Part shown: positions 62,100-64,000 of the stretch, piece by piece
How positions within the stretch are numbered: position 1 is the stretch's first letter
Layout: the number at the start of each line of letters is the position of its first letter
Origin: Haplodiscus bocki
Lineage: Eukaryota
DNA length: 64,000 bases
Direction of reading: 5' to 3'
Assembly: GCA_965655095.1 (NCBI GenBank)
Contig: OZ296649.1
Location: forward strand, 87,792,001-87,856,000
The notes under the pieces: model-generated
Databases searched by the model: none
What the model saw: the letters and a program-made list of their open reading frames with translations, nothing else
What the model was told of the DNA's origin: nothing
Translations under genes and position numbers: made by a program

Positions 62100-64000
62100 G
62101 AAGGGAGGTTATAAACAACTGGGCAGCGGCTCAATCGACAGGGACAGAATAGGCGAACAATCTGGCGTTTTTACAGTTTTATTTTCCCAACTTGACCTTT
62201 GGAAATAGGCTTCCAAGGTTCGATTTTTGGTCACTGTCGATGACTCAGAAAAACGCCGATCCAAAATGGGAGGTTTTGAGCATCCAAAACCTTGAAAAGA
62301 TGGACTAAAGGATATACTCGGAAAATCAGACAATTCAGATTTGCGATTGTGTCAAAATGGATCCGAAAAATTAACTTTGAAAGTCACTCAAATTAGAAAA
62401 TTTCTGGTCCATTTTATTTGGGGTTTATGTTCCAAAAACACAGTTGCTGGTTACAAGCTAAGTCTAATGGTACTGAGGCAGTCTGCGCTATTTACAAGGT
62501 TGGTGAATTGTGATTGTAACATGTCAACAAGAAAAACAACTGAAAAAACTGTTGGCCAATGTATTTTATCGTAGCCATGAGTTTAGGAAGAGCAAGGTTT
62601 CGAGCATTACAGCGCTCCAGGAGTTGAATTATTGCTTGGAGGATCAATTCGAGCGTCTCACACAATAGTTTACTAAAAGAGCGTCTTTTTGTCACTGAAT
62701 TGTAGATATAACGCTGATTTTGTTGGTCTGAAAAATCAATTAAAGGGCCGGGAAGAAAGTTGTTCAGAGCAATTTCCCCATTTTCAGTAGCTGAGGATGG
62801 CAAGCTAGTGTGGAAGCTAACCCTTTGCCCATAGCAAAATCAGAGGACACACAGTGTGCTAAACACGTAGCAGCCGTTGAAATATTGGACTGAGAAAAGT
62901 GAAAGTTCGGTTGAACACGTGACTCAATTGCTGCATTCATGTCAATCTGCTTCGATACCTTTTCTGAAGGTTTTTCAAGGAGAACCATTTTTTCATCTTC
63001 CTTCGTCGTTTGAATAACTCAGACGGCGTTTGCTGCTGCAAGGAATGGCAGAGAATTCGGGATGGAAGAAGTAGTTGACGGGTTTGAATTTCTCACGGTA
63101 GCGTTTCGAATTTGTCCACGATTGCGCTCAAGTGACTCAAAAAACGCTTGGCGTTTGTCGGCCCTAGCTCTTATCAGACACTGTTATTTCTCAAAGAAGG
63201 CTGAAAACGTCCACTTGGTGCGAGAGTTCCCTCTCGTTTGAAACGAGTTCCAGAATAATTATTTTTATGTAGGTTTCTTCGGAGAGGGCGGCGTGGAGAA
63301 TGCCGGTTAGTAGTTATTGCCCCAGTTGGTAGTCTTTTCTCAGTTTGAGCGATTCTAAGGGGAGTTTCCGGTAGCGTTCGAGTACCTTGTGAGGTGTGAC
63401 TAGGCAAAGATTCATCAGAACTGTCAGAAAACGAACAACCTGTATAGCATTAAAAGGTCGCTCTAGCGACGGTGGCTCTACCCTTTCAATTTCGACTGGT
63501 TGAGGTAACACCACTGGAGCTAGGGCCAATGCCGCATCAAGTGGGCGTACAGGAGCCGGGTCCGCTGCCAGTCCGACTGGTATGCGCGCTGGAGCGACTG
63601 GAAACAAACAGTTACAGTTGGCGGATCTTCCGTCTCATTTTGTGTTATCAACACTGTGGTGGGAGGTTCAATCAAGGAAAGAATCTTTTCATCAAACAGC
63701 GTTGGTTCAGCGCGAAAATGGCCCATCGAAGGATTGCATTGAAGGTTTCCAAAACCGAAGACAGTGAGATCATCAACTCGACTTTGCGGATTTACAGGTC
63801 GCAGTCTGACGCGATGCACACATTGTGTAAAGTTAGTTCCCACTTTTCGAATTAAAATAATAGAATTTGTCAAGGTTTTTAACACAATAAAGTGGCAGCC
63901 AAACCAAAAACCATTTACCAGCAAAATCAGATTGAGTCATCAATTTAGGATTCAGTAAAAGACAGTATGAAAAGAGAGCCAACGGTTTGAATTCGGCTTT
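62100..64000 (-). mobile_element. Second decayed Gypsy-like element: integrase C-terminus followed by a macro domain
   Basis: 63520-63924 reads LTNSIILIRKVGTNFTQCVHRVRLRP (IN C-terminal VH..RL motif). 62764-62988 reads LAHCVSSDFAMGKGLA, and 62492-62803 reads RYIYNSVTK..LALPKL (split macro domain). Confidence 0.7.

Overview
This is eukaryotic, AT-rich, repeat-dense DNA with short GT-AG introns, satellites and Gypsy LTR elements; the organism cannot be determined from the sequence. Positions 1-~47,900 are a tandemly amplified composite element. It contains ~179-bp satellite monomers in ~890-bp higher-order units and three copies of a multi-exon locus encoding a SETD8/PR-Set7-like SET domain plus a Crypton-like tyrosine recombinase (YR). 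It also has a putative end block with clustered GGCTACCTTTTCG motifs and a perfect 16-9-16 inverted repeat. Only the first copy retains a 4.8-kb segment holding the most unusual feature: a GC-richer, heavily base-paired ~1.04-kb RNA-like sequence (5081-6122). This sequence keeps more than 10 collinear eukaryotic 18S rRNA motifs, has an altered 530 loop, lacks the whole h44/h45 decoding domain, and has gained a new 5'-3' closing stem. It sits in a miniature rDNA-like layout: repeated upstream motifs, structured leader, T6, twin 17-bp downstream boxes and ~360-bp spacer repeats. Positions ~47,950-59,340 are a decayed Gypsy retrotransposon (gag, PR-RT-RH-macro-IN, class I fusion env-like ORF, 3' LTR), whose gag start was co-duplicated twice with the element end. 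A second decayed Gypsy-like element with a macro domain lies on the minus strand at the right edge. All homology calls are from visual motif comparison with remembered consensus sequences; no searches were run.
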